From Gnetum montanum (Eukaryota; Plantae; Gnetophyta), in NCBI GenBank assembly GCA_015680685.1, contig MNCI01000967.1, positions 639,452 to 703,451 on the forward strand: DNA of 64,000 bases. Direction: 5' to 3'. Shown here one piece after another: positions 1 to 12,746 of this stretch. Position 1 is the stretch's first letter, and every line of letters begins with the position of its first letter. The notes under the pieces are model-generated. The model did no database searches and was not told where the DNA came from. It worked only from the letters and a program-made list of their open reading frames with translations. The translations under genes and the position numbers were made by a program.

Positions 1-1980
1 GAATATCATTTGAAATAATAACTGGGGGTTCACTTAGTTGTGTGGTGTCAAATATGGCATTAAAGTCATCCAACATAGTGTTAAATAGCCCCTCATCCTC
101 ACATCATTGTAGAACCTCCTCCTTTAGGTGTTTTTGCTCTACCTTTGTTACTGTTGCTTGGGTTGCCAATTCTTGTTGCTTGCCTATAGAAACAATGAAG
201 AAAAAACAAAGAATAACTTAGTATAATTTGCCTCAAACAAAATAACAACATAGCCAATAACATAAAACATGAATGCCAAGTAACCTAAACAAAAATAACA
301 CAGGTAGAACATACTTGTAATCACATGATGTGGTTGGCCAAGTTTAATAGAAAGCCTTCTCTTTATAGGTTGCTCAACAACTAGTGCTATTTCTTCAATC
401 ATAGGCCTTTTTAGTCTTGCTTTAGTTATCCTATCAACTTTAGCACATAACTCCTTGGCCTTTTGAATGTTCTTGTGGGTAACTTGAGGCTCAATCCCCA
501 TGCTATCAAGGGAAGTACAATGTACATCACTAAAATTCATAGTGGTAATAGATAGCGATTCCCAAACATCCTCTGGTGGGTTTTAAGCCTGCATGGTTGA
601 AAAAATAAGTTTCAGCCAAGGCCTAGAAAGCTAGGGTGGATCTTAACACACCCATCATCCATCCTTCTACACCACTAGGAGCTCTATGAAACCCCTTAGA
701 TATGCCAAAAAAAATGAAAAATGCATCTGTCATATTGTAGGAAGGTCTTTCTAGAGTTTTAGGATCTCCCCTCATAGCTTGGAAACCAAATGAGTAGCCC
801 AGTTGAATTGAGCATCCTCTATGAGGACCTTTTTCATGGTCCATGCCTGTTCAATGTCGATGACCTTCTTTTGTGAGAGTAACTTTGGGTACACCCAGGA
901 CTAGAACAATGGATAAATATCTTTGGCCTTTGCAACCTACAACTAGTCTAGAGACAATCTAGAATGGCCACAATGAGCATTTAGCCATTCTTCCACCTTT
1001 TCTTGATGGCCTGTGTCCTTTGTTGGTTTGGTGAAAACTGTCATACCCTCACTAGGGAGACTAAAGAGGTCACTAAAGGTAGATTCATTAATGACCAAAT
1101 TGATAGGCACACCATGAACTTGGGTGATGAATTTCTTCACTTCTTTGTTAAAGAAGTCAATAATATTCACCATCTCAAGGATAGGGATTATTGGGCTAGG
1201 AGCTATGGAAAGATCAAGAAAACCTACACTAGTGATGTTTTCTTGGATGTTTCTAGGTGCTTGGCTAGCCAACTAATGTTGCATTGGATCCACCTCACCA
1301 AACGTGAGGATAAGTGTCTCCTCAGCACATCTTGAAGTGATTAAGGTGATGATGGAGGAAGAGGTAGCTCCTACCACATAACAAAAATGGCCTGTTAGCT
1401 TAGGCATAAGCACATCATATAGAACAAAAATATAACAAGTATAATTAATTAAGACAAATTTTTTAGCCATACCAATAAATCCAATTAAATAATTAAGGTC
1501 TAAATAACTACAACTATGTAGCCATGAAAACGTTGACATAGCATAAAAAATAAAATATGATAGAAAAAACAAGAATTCTTACTTTACCTTCTTAGTTAAG
1601 GTGGTGTAGGGACCCCAAGGGATATATGTGTTTGAGTGCCCGAGTTAGGGATTCCCCACCAGCTATGGGCTATCCCATTTCCCAAGCACTTGTGTTAGGC
1701 TTGGTAATAACGTGTTGTGTCCCTATCAAATTCATCTTTGAGTTACTCCATCATGGTGAGTCATATCACTTATTCTTTGGTAAATACCTCAAGTGTTGTT
1801 TGGGCTAAAGGTAAGAGCTGGTAACTCTTGATCAACCCATGGTCATCCACCCTATACCTACAAGCAGGTCAATGAAATTTTTTTTTATTAAACCTAGGTA
1901 ACCTAATAAAACCAAGAATAAACAAAAAAAATAAAGAAAAACTTAAAATTACACTTACCCCTCCAAATGATAGACAGTGC
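1..1980 (-). pseudogene. Degenerate spliced gene, probably a transposon accessory gene with a plant-mobile-domain-like segment
   Basis: Minus-strand ORF 943-1272 contains GFLDL...FFNKEVKKF...INESTFSDLFSLPSEG, which resembles the 'T..DV..LFGLP..G' pattern of PMD/Ulp1-associated TE proteins. AT-rich intervals are bounded by minus-strand GT..AG sites (e.g. ~184-314; donor GTAAGT near 1955). Many stops. Confidence 0.35.
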
Positions 1981-2489
1981 TAGGAGGATTCTAAAACAAT
2001 GTATTGGCACAGTGACTAAATAGTAACATGTTGTTTATGTTGTACTGGATGAATTTGAGCATATCCTAGATTTTGGAAAACTTATGTGTCCCTCTGGTGT
2101 ATATGCTGTCAAATTTTTCACTTTCAACATGTGTTAGAATCATCAACTATGAACTTGATGATCAAATTGGTAGAGTGGGGAAGCAAGGTTTCCATGATGA
2201 TGACCACTATTTCAAAAGCTAAGTGTGATCACACCATCACACTAAAGTTTTGAAGCAGATAGGTCAAGAACTTGTTTGTCCTTGGCTTAAACCAAAGGAA
2301 GCCTCACTTCAACACCATGTCCATAGGTAGGGTGTTGGGCCCCAATGTGTGAATGTAGCATAAGAGCCTTACCAGCTCAATCATTAGCAAGATGGGTTTC
2401 AAAATGGCCTTGCATGACCTAGTGACGACCATTAAGACCATGAGTGACCATAACTAAAATTGAACAACTACTAAATGATCAAAATTATT

Positions 2490-2612
2490 ACAACCTCAAT
2501 GTCAACATTCTCACTTAAAACAAACAACCAAATTTACAGTTTTCAACAAAAAAAAAAAAAAAAAAAAAAAACAACCTCAATGTCAACATTCTCACTTAAA
2601 ACAAACAACCAA
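2490..2612 (+). repeat. 42-bp perfect direct repeat flanking 16 nt plus a poly(A) run
   Basis: ACAACCTCAATGTCAACATTCTCACTTAAAACAAACAACCAA at 2490-2531 and 2571-2612, with ATTTACAGTTTTCAAC followed by an A run in between. Confidence 0.9.
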
Positions 2613-2634
2613 TACAAATAAATTGTCTTCTTCA

Positions 2635-2855
2635 TGGTTGAGATGTCTTTTTGCATTTGGTCTCCATTTTGAGAAGATGTCTTTATCTGGTGAAAGATGT
2701 CTTTTTAAAACTAGCCTGCATTCTATGAAGATGTATTTGTCTAGGGAAAGATGTCTTTGCCTAATGAATGAATTTTGCTATTTTTTAGAGATGTCTTCTT
2801 CTGTGTTGCCTTCAAGTCTACCAAGATGTCTATTGTTTCTTGGAGACGTATTTCT
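2635..2855. repeat. Degenerate short tandem repeat with AGATGTCT core
   Basis: About 8 copies of (G/A)AGATGT(C/A)T spaced 20-40 bp apart. Confidence 0.7.
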
Positions 2856-5049
2856 TTACCTTCCTTTGCATGATGAATTCTTTGTTCCTTATTCATAACC
2901 TTGCACTTTCACATGCTTCAATGATGATAACTTTGCTTGTGAGTTAGTTGTTCCTTGTCCACATTCTTGAAATTCTTACATGTTCGTGTGAGATCTTGTG
3001 AATGACCTTTTTCTTTGAGCTCTCATTTTGTCTAAACCAGTTCATTCCTTATCATCTCATCTTGGTCCTACAAACACAATAGCCACATAGCCATACAAAC
3101 AACCTTTGACTCTATTTTACTTAACATTTTAACATACCAAAAGGTCCACAAGAACTAATACAAAGTAGTAACCAAAATTATGAGCAGTTTGCACATAAAA
3201 AACCAAATAAAACCAAGTAGCCCACTAACATCAATGGAAACTTTGAGATGAAAATATACATAAAAAATTACAAAAATTTAGAAACCATAAAAAAATTAGC
3301 TTGTACACAAATACAACCCCATACTAGCAGTCATAAAATTCCCATTTGAATTTGACCAAATTTTGACTAGAAATCCTTGTTAACAATGAAACTAGCTGTA
3401 GTGAAAAATTTAGGGTGGCTAGTTTAGAATTTTGAAAAATTTAAATGACTACTTAGAACCAAAATACAACATAAAAATATCTGTAGGAATCTTCAACATT
3501 GAACAAAAAATTTCAAAAACACACCAATGATGCTTGTACAACCAAGGGGTTTGCAGTTTCAATAGTCAAAACTACAACTATACAAGGCATGTTTACACAT
3601 GAACAAAATGAAAAATTAGCACTAAATTTTTTTTCTATATTGAAAGACTATGGACACCTTGAATCCAACAAAATTTAACATCTACACTTCAATTCTAGGC
3701 CTAGAAAAAATTTACACAACAACCCAACACCATAACAAAAATTGACAAAATTTTCATGAGGGAACCAAGATTGTAGATAATAGTTGTAGTAAATTACAGT
3801 AAAAAAATATAAATTTTTTTAAATATCGAAATTAATGCTAAACCCTCCTTGACATCCTTGAAATACCTAGGAAGCTAGGATGTTGGTAGAAATTTTTTTT
3901 AAGTGTCAACACTACCTAGTTTTGAGGGGGTAAAGTAGCAAAAAACCAAAAATCCATTGTGCATTGACTTATGAAAAAATTCATAGAAAATCAACTGTAT
4001 GTCATAGAAAATTGGAAAAGTGGCTTTAAGGTAGCAAAAACTGGAAAACCACTGTACACTGGCTTATGGAAAATTTGTAAAAAATTAACCATAATTCATA
4101 AACTAATGGTTCAGCCATTGTTTTGATTATTAGTTAATGCACTACAACCTTGTGACCTTGAAAATTGAAAAATCCTAGGTGTTTTCCTAATAAAAAATAG
4201 GAAAGGGACATTATTTTTTGGGAAAAATAGCAGAATTCACACAAAATAAGGCCAAATAGAATTTATAACTTAAAATTGATAAAATTTAAAGATAAAAAAT
4301 GTTGCAACCATGTAAACATGACCTAAATATAGCATAGGATTTTAACAGAAACAAACATCATGCAACATACAAGCCTATGAAGGTTAAAACACCTAGGTTC
4401 CAAGTGGGAAAAATTGCAAAATTCATGGAAAAAAGGTCAAGAGTGTTGTACCTAGTGGTCATGGTGGAGAATCCTTTCCCTAGTAGAGGTCATGGTAGAT
4501 TAGAAAGCCCTTTTGCTATAGTGTTTGCATCCTCTAGGGTAGGATTCTTGCTTGTGGTTACCTTCCTCTTTGACATATTGATTAATAGTGTAGAAATCTC
4601 CAAATTTCTTCAAGCTTTGGGCACCAATGTTGCTCCTTGGTGGATAGTGTCCAAGTAACATTGAGTATTGATGGGATGAAAGTAAAAATTGATGCAAGAG
4701 CTCTAAAACTATGTGCTACTATGATGGAATGGGTTTTGAAAATGATTTTGGTAAAATTAACAAGTTAAAATCAATTCTTCACTTGTGCATCCCTTTTTAA
4801 AACCTTTTCCCAATTCACTCACTTAACTCGTAGTGAACTGATAGTGCAAAGAGGGGAAAGTTTAAGTTATGCTGAGATGGTGGGAAGTGCAAAATAAAAA
4901 CATTATTTAAATTTGGATGAGCCCCACTAAGCACCTCCCAAAAAAAGCAGCAAAAATTTCAATGTAATAAGATTCACAATTGAAAGTGCATCTACACTGG
5001 GGTTGAACTCCCAAAAAGTCTTGAGATGCATTACTAACCTTAAAATTTA

Positions 5050-6600
5050 ACTCACTCACACTGGCCAATGTGGATCCAACATGGATCTAACCATCCATTT
5101 ACAACACATGAAAAATCAAAAAATCCCACACCAAATTTAGAAGCTAGATGTCAACATTAGAAAATACCAAGCCTTGAAGGAGACAAGAACTCATCATAGA
5201 ATATACTATTTTGGATAACAACGTTGGTCAAAAGCCCAACCACACTAGCCAACATTACTCTAAGAGGGATGCTACTTTCAAAAACTAATTAGGCCTCAAT
5301 TTAACTTTGGAATGACCATGCTAAGTCTTAAACCCCAATAGAAACTCTAGTAGCTTCAAAACTTGGTGGGACACATAAGAAAATGTTGAAAATCATGAAT
5401 TTTGGGGGAACCACATTAAGGAGCACCCCAACCACACTAGCCAACATGGTTGGGTGGGGTGTGACCATAAAATTCCAAAATAAACCTTCAAAATGACACA
5501 TCCCAACCTCTACAACTTCTCGAAGCCTCCAGTAACCTTCTAACACTACAATTCAAGCAAAAATAAGTTGAACTTCATGTCAATCCTCCTAGCCACATTA
5601 GGGAATCCCCACCCATAGTGCCCAGTGTGGGTCTAGCATGGATGCTCAAAGAACAATTAACAAAAAGACATAAATACATCAAATTGACCTTGAAACTCAC
5701 CCCTCTAACCTTACGACCTTGCTAGAGCCTCCAGATACCACTAAACCCCAAAAATTGAGTGAAAAATGGAAAAAATATTTGATCCCCCTCCACCCACATT
5801 GGGACCACACTAGCCAACATAACCCAAGGGGGGATGAGTATATTGATGCTTAAATGAACTTCAATATTAATAATTCTAAGCCAAAACCTTGGACATTGAC
5901 ACCAACAACCCCAAGAACCCAAGAACTTGGTCAATTTAATACTAGAACCCATCAAAAGTTAAAACCCAAGTGGACCCATGCTAAGGAGGATTAGAGCCAC
6001 ATTGGCCAACATGGCTCCAACATGGTTAAGGTGTTTGACCAATTTTACCAACCCACCAATGCTCTAAATGGCTTAGAACTAGATTTTGGAAACCTATAAC
6101 CTTAAAACTTTATAACTAGCTATAATTTGGTCTTGTTGTGATCATAGAAATTCCAAAATTTTCTCATCAAAATTAGGGCCATCTTCAACCATGCTAGCTA
6201 ACATGGCTTTGGATGATAAGATTTCAAAACCCACTTTTGGTTATAAATTTTGACTTCAAAATGATTGGTTTCAATCCCCATGATCCTACGCTACCCTGGG
6301 AAGCTAATAGAACACCAATTTTGATCTTAGAATGCCATAAACTCAATTTTTTCATGCATCCATGCTAGGGCAATGTTGGCCAACATAGTCCTAGCATGGA
6401 TGGTTGTTCCAGGTTGCATTTAGGGCTTCCATAGGATCAAATTAACATCAAACTTGATAAATCTTCATCTTGAGTCCACTATGCTGATCATATAGACCAT
6501 AAGGATCCTAAAACTAAACATGATGAACCCAGAGAATTACATTTTCATACTATTCACATTGGGACTCACCTCACTCATGCTAGCTAGTATGGATACCCAA
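5050..6600. repeat. Degenerate array with ~190-bp period and conserved CACACTAGCCAACATGG-like motif
   Basis: Motif variants at about 5057, 5241, 5433, 5614, 5806, 5998, 6190, 6372 and 6576. Confidence 0.7.
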
Positions 6601-6779
6601 AGAAGCCCCAATTTTGACCTTAAATTGCCTCAAAATAGCCTCTCCAAGTGCCCAAACTCACTTGTTAACCTTGTAGCCTCTTCCATAATCCACTAATGCC
6701 TAAAAATAGAAAAAATCTAATCTTGATTGATCAAAATTAACCATTTTCCCACCTTGATTCATTTTAGACTTGTTTCATG

Positions 6780-7450
6780 ATGTCTTGACTTGTTTTGACC
6801 TTGTTATGCATGGTTGACCTTCATTATTAGATCAGTTGGTGCCATTTGGTTTAATTTTCATCAGTTCCTTGTCATTTGGCCTTATTCCACAAAATTGTTT
6901 TGTCATCTGGCATCATTTGACCTTAGTGAATTGAGTTTGACATTAGTTAACATCATTGGACATCACTATGACGTTGTTTGACCACTTAGAGCATCATTTG
7001 ATAGGGTTCAACCTTCATTTGATCCCATTTGGCCATCATTTGGCCTTTGTTCTATGTTTGTTGGCCTTTAGCTTACCTTATGTTACCTTATCCTCTCTTT
7101 TATGACCCTAGTTGACCATATTTTAGCCTTATTCAACATCATTTGATGGTCCTCAGCCATGATTAGACCCTCCTTTGACCTTGTTAGACCATCATTTGGT
7201 ATATATTTGGCCTGATTTCATGTTGTTTGGCCTTTAGTGCATCTTACCCACCTTACCTCTCCTCATATGGCCTTTGTTGGTTATGTTTGAACTTAAATGA
7301 CTTCATTGAATGGAGTTTGACTATCATTTGGCTCCATTCTACCATCATTTGGCATTAGTTTAATCTTATTTGGCCTTCATTACATCTTATTTGTTTAACC
7401 TACCTTGTATGACCTTTTGTTGAACGTGTTTGAACCTTGTTTGAACATTG
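6780..7450. repeat. Degenerate tandem repeat rich in CATCATTTGG / TTGACC / TTGGCCTT
   Basis: Recurring CCATCATTTGG and GTTTGGCCTT motifs; apparent larger unit of ~150-170 bp. Confidence 0.6.
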
Positions 7451-8007
7451 ATGTAACATGTTTTGGTGTATCCTTGCATTATTACTAAAGCATTTTACAT
7501 TAATTTTAGATTGTTTAACAATTTTATTACAAAAGGTACCATTTGACTTACTTATGTTGTCATGCAGGAATGAGCTAGGAGAATGAGAAAGTAAATTTGA
7601 CTAGTCTTAAAGTCTAAATGGGTCTCTCTCACGATGTTGTTAGATCAAGTTGACCTTACATACCCAAATCTTAAGCTTGAAACCATTCTACTATACAACC
7701 ATAACATCTTAAAGTAGCTTGATGATCATTGACCTTGAAGCCAGAAACTTCACATAGGGTCTCTTAGTTGAAAGTCCCATTTTAACCATGATGATGAAAA
7801 GAAAATGCATGAAACCAAGTTCCTCACCAAAACTTAAGGTTGCTCAATACATCATCAAACCATTATAGTGTAGCATCAAAGCCATCACATAGCCCTTGAT
7901 TATGTCTAACACTCATTTTCTTGTAGTGTTGTTTACCATTGTTGGCAGGTTGGAATGAATAATCGCTGTTGATGACTTTGATGATCTAGAACAAGAAAGC
8001 TTGCATA

Positions 8008-8046
8008 CTCTCTCTCTCTCTCTCTCTCTCTCTCCGCCCCCCCCCC
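8008..8046. repeat. (CT)n microsatellite followed by a C run
   Basis: About 13 CT units, then CGCCCCCCCCCC. Confidence 0.95.
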
Positions 8047-10299
8047 TTGTTTGGCAGAATGAATTAACTATAAAACTTTGTAAATGTGATGCACATTGCA
8101 CAAATCTCTTCATGTTGTAATAGTGATGACCTATTATAATTTGGTTTGTTGATTATATCATGTGGCCTTATGCATTGTCATGTAATAGCATGTGTTATTT
8201 TGTTTTCTTGTAGGATGAAGCCTGAAGTCATTGCAAGGGTGTAACCCATCATGGTAGTAAGTCAGCACACAACCTCAATGTACAAGATTTGATTAGCTTG
8301 TCTTGTCATACCATGAGTGATTATTTCACATCATTATCATCACCACTACTTATGCCCAACCCATAGCCTAATTATAACCTTCTTTGTCTTAAACAACAAT
8401 AATGACCTATGTTTGACACTCATGCCTTATGGTCATACGATGTTTCCTTCATCATGCTTCACCATCAAGACTATTGAATGTAACACATCTTATTTAGTGG
8501 GAAAACGAAATTAAACTTGGCCTTGGCAATGAAACCTAATGAAGGTTTCATCCTACAAAAAAAAAAAAAAAAAAAGATTAGGGAGACAAATTGCCAAGAA
8601 GTTGTAAGGTTAATTAAGGCCAAAAGATGGACCAATGGCTTCAAACATGCAAAGGGAGGAGCCTAATGAACAAAGAAACTTGGGAGTAAAGTGTTAGTTA
8701 CTCAAAAAGATTATTGAGTAATAAACACTTTGAAGCATGAAGTGCAAAGACCTCATTGACCATTCAACATGTCATTACCATAACTAAAGTCATGATGTTA
8801 ACATTTGAAAGTCATTATTAACCCTGTGATTATTACGCATGATGAAATATAGCCTTCATCCTATATTATCTCACAATAACCTTATCCCATCATCACAAGC
8901 ACTCTTTATCATGGTTTGATACAATAGAATCAAGAATGGAGAGGAAATGTTGGTGATAAACTTGGTGTGATATTTTGTATTTTTTGTTGATGTCTCTTAG
9001 GTCAATCCTTCAAACATCAACAAAGAGGGACCAATGAAACACCACCAAGAAATCTCATGTTGCAACTTGTAATCTTTACCATCAAACTTGAGGCTAGAAT
9101 TTCAATGTAAAATTTGAAGATTGTAATCCATGAAATTCAATTTCACATACTTTATCTTTTGGGGCTGAAAAAGTGCCTCATAAGGTGTTATAGCCTTAAT
9201 TCCTAGGTGGGAAAAATATTTCCATGTCCATATTTGGGCTTGGAAAGGTTAAAAATTCCTTTTAAACAAACAAAATTGGCATTTTCATGGGTTTTGTAGG
9301 GGGTATGACCATTACAACGCTAGAAATACCCATACCTAATTTTGGGGGGTTTGGTTTCCATCTTTCCAACAATGGCCAACATAGTCACCATAATGTCAAC
9401 ATCGCTACTCCAAGCTAGCATTGGAGTGGATGGGGGTTTTACTTCAAACAACTCAACATTGCCACAACAACTCCAACGTTGCTACCACAAGGCCAAGATG
9501 GATGGGTGTAGCCAGTATGGATGTAAAAGTCCATTTACTATTAATGGTAACTAGCATGGTTTTGGTGCCTTGGGATTATCAAAACTTATCATAAATGGAA
9601 ACTATATTGGTGTTGAAAGCCTGCCACACCTACACATGATTGTAATTTATCAATAATCATGGTAGAAATTTTTAGCTAAAAATTAGTAGCCATATAGCTT
9701 ATAAAAGCCCATCTTAAATACCTTGAATAGGTTCTTCAACTTTTGAATTTTGGGCATCCAAAAAGCTTTTGTCAATTCTTGAGCATGAGAACCTTTGACA
9801 ACTCCAAGAACTTGTAACCTTCAAGGGTTGCGAAAGATTTTTGGGGTAATGTACAACTACCTTGGCACAAAGACTCTCAGCATAGTACCCCCTTTACCAC
9901 AAAAGTTTCCCACATGCTTTACCATGCGTCCCCCCCCCCCTCTCTATGACTAATGCTACAAATTTGGGCAAGAAATTGGCAAGGAGTTTTAGTTTAGGGA
10001 GTCTAGAAGCACTTGGATTATGAAGCTGACTGTAGCATGCAAAAATTTTAGCTTCAACAAGCTTTAGACTCCATCAAAGTAAAACCCTTGTGCATTTAGG
10101 CACCACATGTACACTCTTTTTTGAACTCTCTCTTTTTAATATTTCTATTGTAATAAAGATTCCAGTTCATTTATTGTGTAAGTTGTTATGATTTCATTCT
10201 ATGCATTATCATTTATTTATTTTTATACTAGGTCTACATTATTTTTAACATTTGATTACCCCACTTACACTTTTCAAGCTCTTGGGTGATTGACAAGAT

Positions 10300-11787
10300 T
10301 GTCTAGGGCACATTGGGTCCTTTTTCTTAGAGGCCCTTAGGATCCAAGGATAAAACTTTTTCACACATGGGATTCTTGATTTTGTAGAGAGTGAATTTTT
10401 CAGGCACAATACTATGATTTCTTGAAGGAAACCTTCTTTGTTATCATAGAAGATTGCTTTGGTACATTAGTGACCTTCTTCTTTTGTTTAGTTGAACTTG
10501 ACTTATTGGTCTCTTAACTATGGGTAAGAATTTTCATGTGAGATGAAGAACAAGAAGATGTTTGAGATATAGTAGATGCAAGGATGTTCTAAGGTTTAGC
10601 ATAAGATGGAGTGGGATGAGAATTATATGAATAGGTAAGTTGAGCAAGAGTGGAATGATGGGAGTTGATAGCATGAATGCAGTAAGTAGGTGAAGAAGAA
10701 CAATTTGGTTTGGGTGGTATAGTGGCATAGTTAGAGTAGCGAATCACTTATGAATTTTGAGGCTATAGTGATTATTACCTAGGTTGTTTGTAGTTAGACT
10801 AGTGGATGATGTAAGGATCTTTGGGTAGAGACCTACAAGATTTGTATTCAAGGTTGAAAGCTAAAACTATGCTTCTATCTCCCCAAGGGATTCTAAAATA
10901 CCTTAAGCTATTGGTCATTTGGATGCATTGTGGATGGATTGTTCTCTACCATTATCTTGCCCTTATTAATGAGATCTTGGATGTCATCCTTCATATTCTT
11001 GTAGTTATCTATGTCATGTCTAGCAGTCTCATGATAGTAGCAGTATTTTTGATGGTCATATCACTTAGACACCTCAAGGTTACCTTCTTGTCTTTGATAA
11101 GAAGTCATAGATATTAGTTGTAAGTGATGGTAACATCCTCTTGCTTGATCAAATATCTACTTCTTCTTAAGGTGACCATTCCTAAGAAGATTGTTCAAAA
11201 GTAGACAGTACCTCATAGGTATCTTTCTATATTGGTTTTTCTTCCCTTGAGATCTACATTATTAAGTTAAAGAAGAAGTAGTTAAGGGAGCATTGTTTTG
11301 TTCCTTGGAGAAAGAAGAAACACTTATAGAAGTTGGTGTTTCTTTTTCTTGTTTATCAACCTTGTTAGCCTTATTACAAATTTCTGATCATTACATTAAA
11401 TAGTTACTTATTTAATGCATCTAGCAACCAAAAATTCATCATTTAGATAGTGAGGCTTAAGATAAATAATCTTTTTCTTAATATAGTTAATAATTATAGC
11501 TTTAAATATGCTTTCCAAATGATATTCCTCCAAATGATAGGGTAGTTTTATTAATGTATTTGTCCATCAAGAGATGAATTTATCAATGGATACATTTAGA
11601 GCTTGTTTGATGCTAATGAAAGATATCATGCTCATGCTTTGAGGCACATTGAACTTAAAATGTTTGATAAAGATTGTAAGGAGTTACTCTAGAGAAGTGA
11701 TAGATCCACCTGTTAGGAACTTATACCATTCCAAAGATTTTCGAGAAAGAGAGTTTAAAAAACATCTCAACATAATGTATGGGTAAG
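10300..11787 (-). pseudogene. gag: Old Ty3/Gypsy (Tat/Ogre-like) gag remnant, downstream part, interrupted by Athila element 1
   Basis: Minus-strand translation ...IMLRCFLNSLSRKSLEWYKFLTGGSITSLE*LLTIFIKHF...ISIKQALNVSIDKFIS*W fits the Retrotrans_gag pattern. Left boundary is approximate. Confidence 0.7.
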
Positions 11788-12609
11788 TGATGAGTCATGA
11801 TATTGGACCCTTGATATCGAAGATGCCAAAGCGATATTGGACATGCGATATCCGAACTTATCTCATCGTCTATAAATAAGAGACAAGGGCACTTGGTTTC
11901 GTAGTTAGTTTTCTTAGTCCCTTAGCCGAACTCTTGTAGTTTTTCCTTTCTAGAGTTAGAATTATTTCTAAGTGTCTGCAGTAGGGGTCATAAAGTGAAC
12001 AGATCTTTATTTGAGCATTATGTACCTAAGCACACCTTGTGTCCGAAAATAAAGACGAACTTTGTGATAAACCTTGCAACATTCAAAATAGCTTAATTAT
12101 TTCATTTAAATGTTATTTACTGTTATTTGCTACTCTCATTAGTTAATTAATGTTATTTCTATTGAATTATTAATTATCAACAAATTAGCACACTTAATAC
12201 GACCACTTCGAGCATATGTGAAACACTTGGTAACCTAGTAACAACTAGCGTTTGGTAATCCCACTAGTGTTACACTGGTTCAGGATGTGTTTGACAAGTG
12301 GGAATGGATGCTGGTGTTAGGACTAGTTAGAGAATAGATAACTAGTTAAATCAAATTAGTTATTAAATTATTTCATTTTTCCACTTTAAGCACAACGAAC
12401 ATAAAACATAAAAAGCATAAAAATCATATACTTTAAGATTACTTAACCATACAATTGTGCCTTACAAGTAAGCTTGGGAAGACAATGATTACATAACCCA
12501 TCCTTATTCTGTGTGAGCGCATAAGCACTTAATCCTTGGAGTTTGATCGAATTGCATGCAAATGCTCGTATTCATATGGTTGGGTGTAAGGGTACCTCGC
12601 CACTCATCA
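11788..12609 (+). repeat. 5' LTR of element 1 (822 bp)
   Basis: Colinear and highly similar to 20882-21731; TG..CA termini; TATAAATA near 11871. Confidence 0.97.
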
Positions 12610-12610
12610 T

Positions 12611-12628
12611 TGGCGTCGTTGCCAAGGA
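12611..12628 (+). promoter_or_regulatory. Primer binding site complementary to the tRNA-Asp 3' end
   Basis: TGGCGTCGTTGCCAAGGA versus canonical Athila TGGCGCCGTTGCCGGGGA (15/18; all differences are C>T or G>A), 1 nt after the LTR. Confidence 0.9.
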
Positions 12629-12746
12629 TTTTGTTGTTTGTGCGTTGATTAGAACTTAGGAAATCTTTCCATCATTGGAATGAACCCTTAGGGTTAGTTA
12701 CCCTACAATTATTGAAAAGAGAGTATTGCACATTGAATAATCAATC

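Noticed and set aside
5050-6600. CRISPR-like repeat-spacer array
   Set aside because: Repeats are degenerate, spacers are ~150 bp, there are no cas genes, and the context is eukaryotic.
8479-10269. Solo LTR TGTAACAC..TTACA
   Set aside because: LTR-like composition, but the flanks do not form a TSD and no partner is present.
11788-11800. TGATGAG resembles the hammerhead ribozyme core (CTGATGAG)
   Set aside because: It lacks the leading C and a properly placed GAAA with stems; it is simply the LTR terminus, inverted with CTCATCA.
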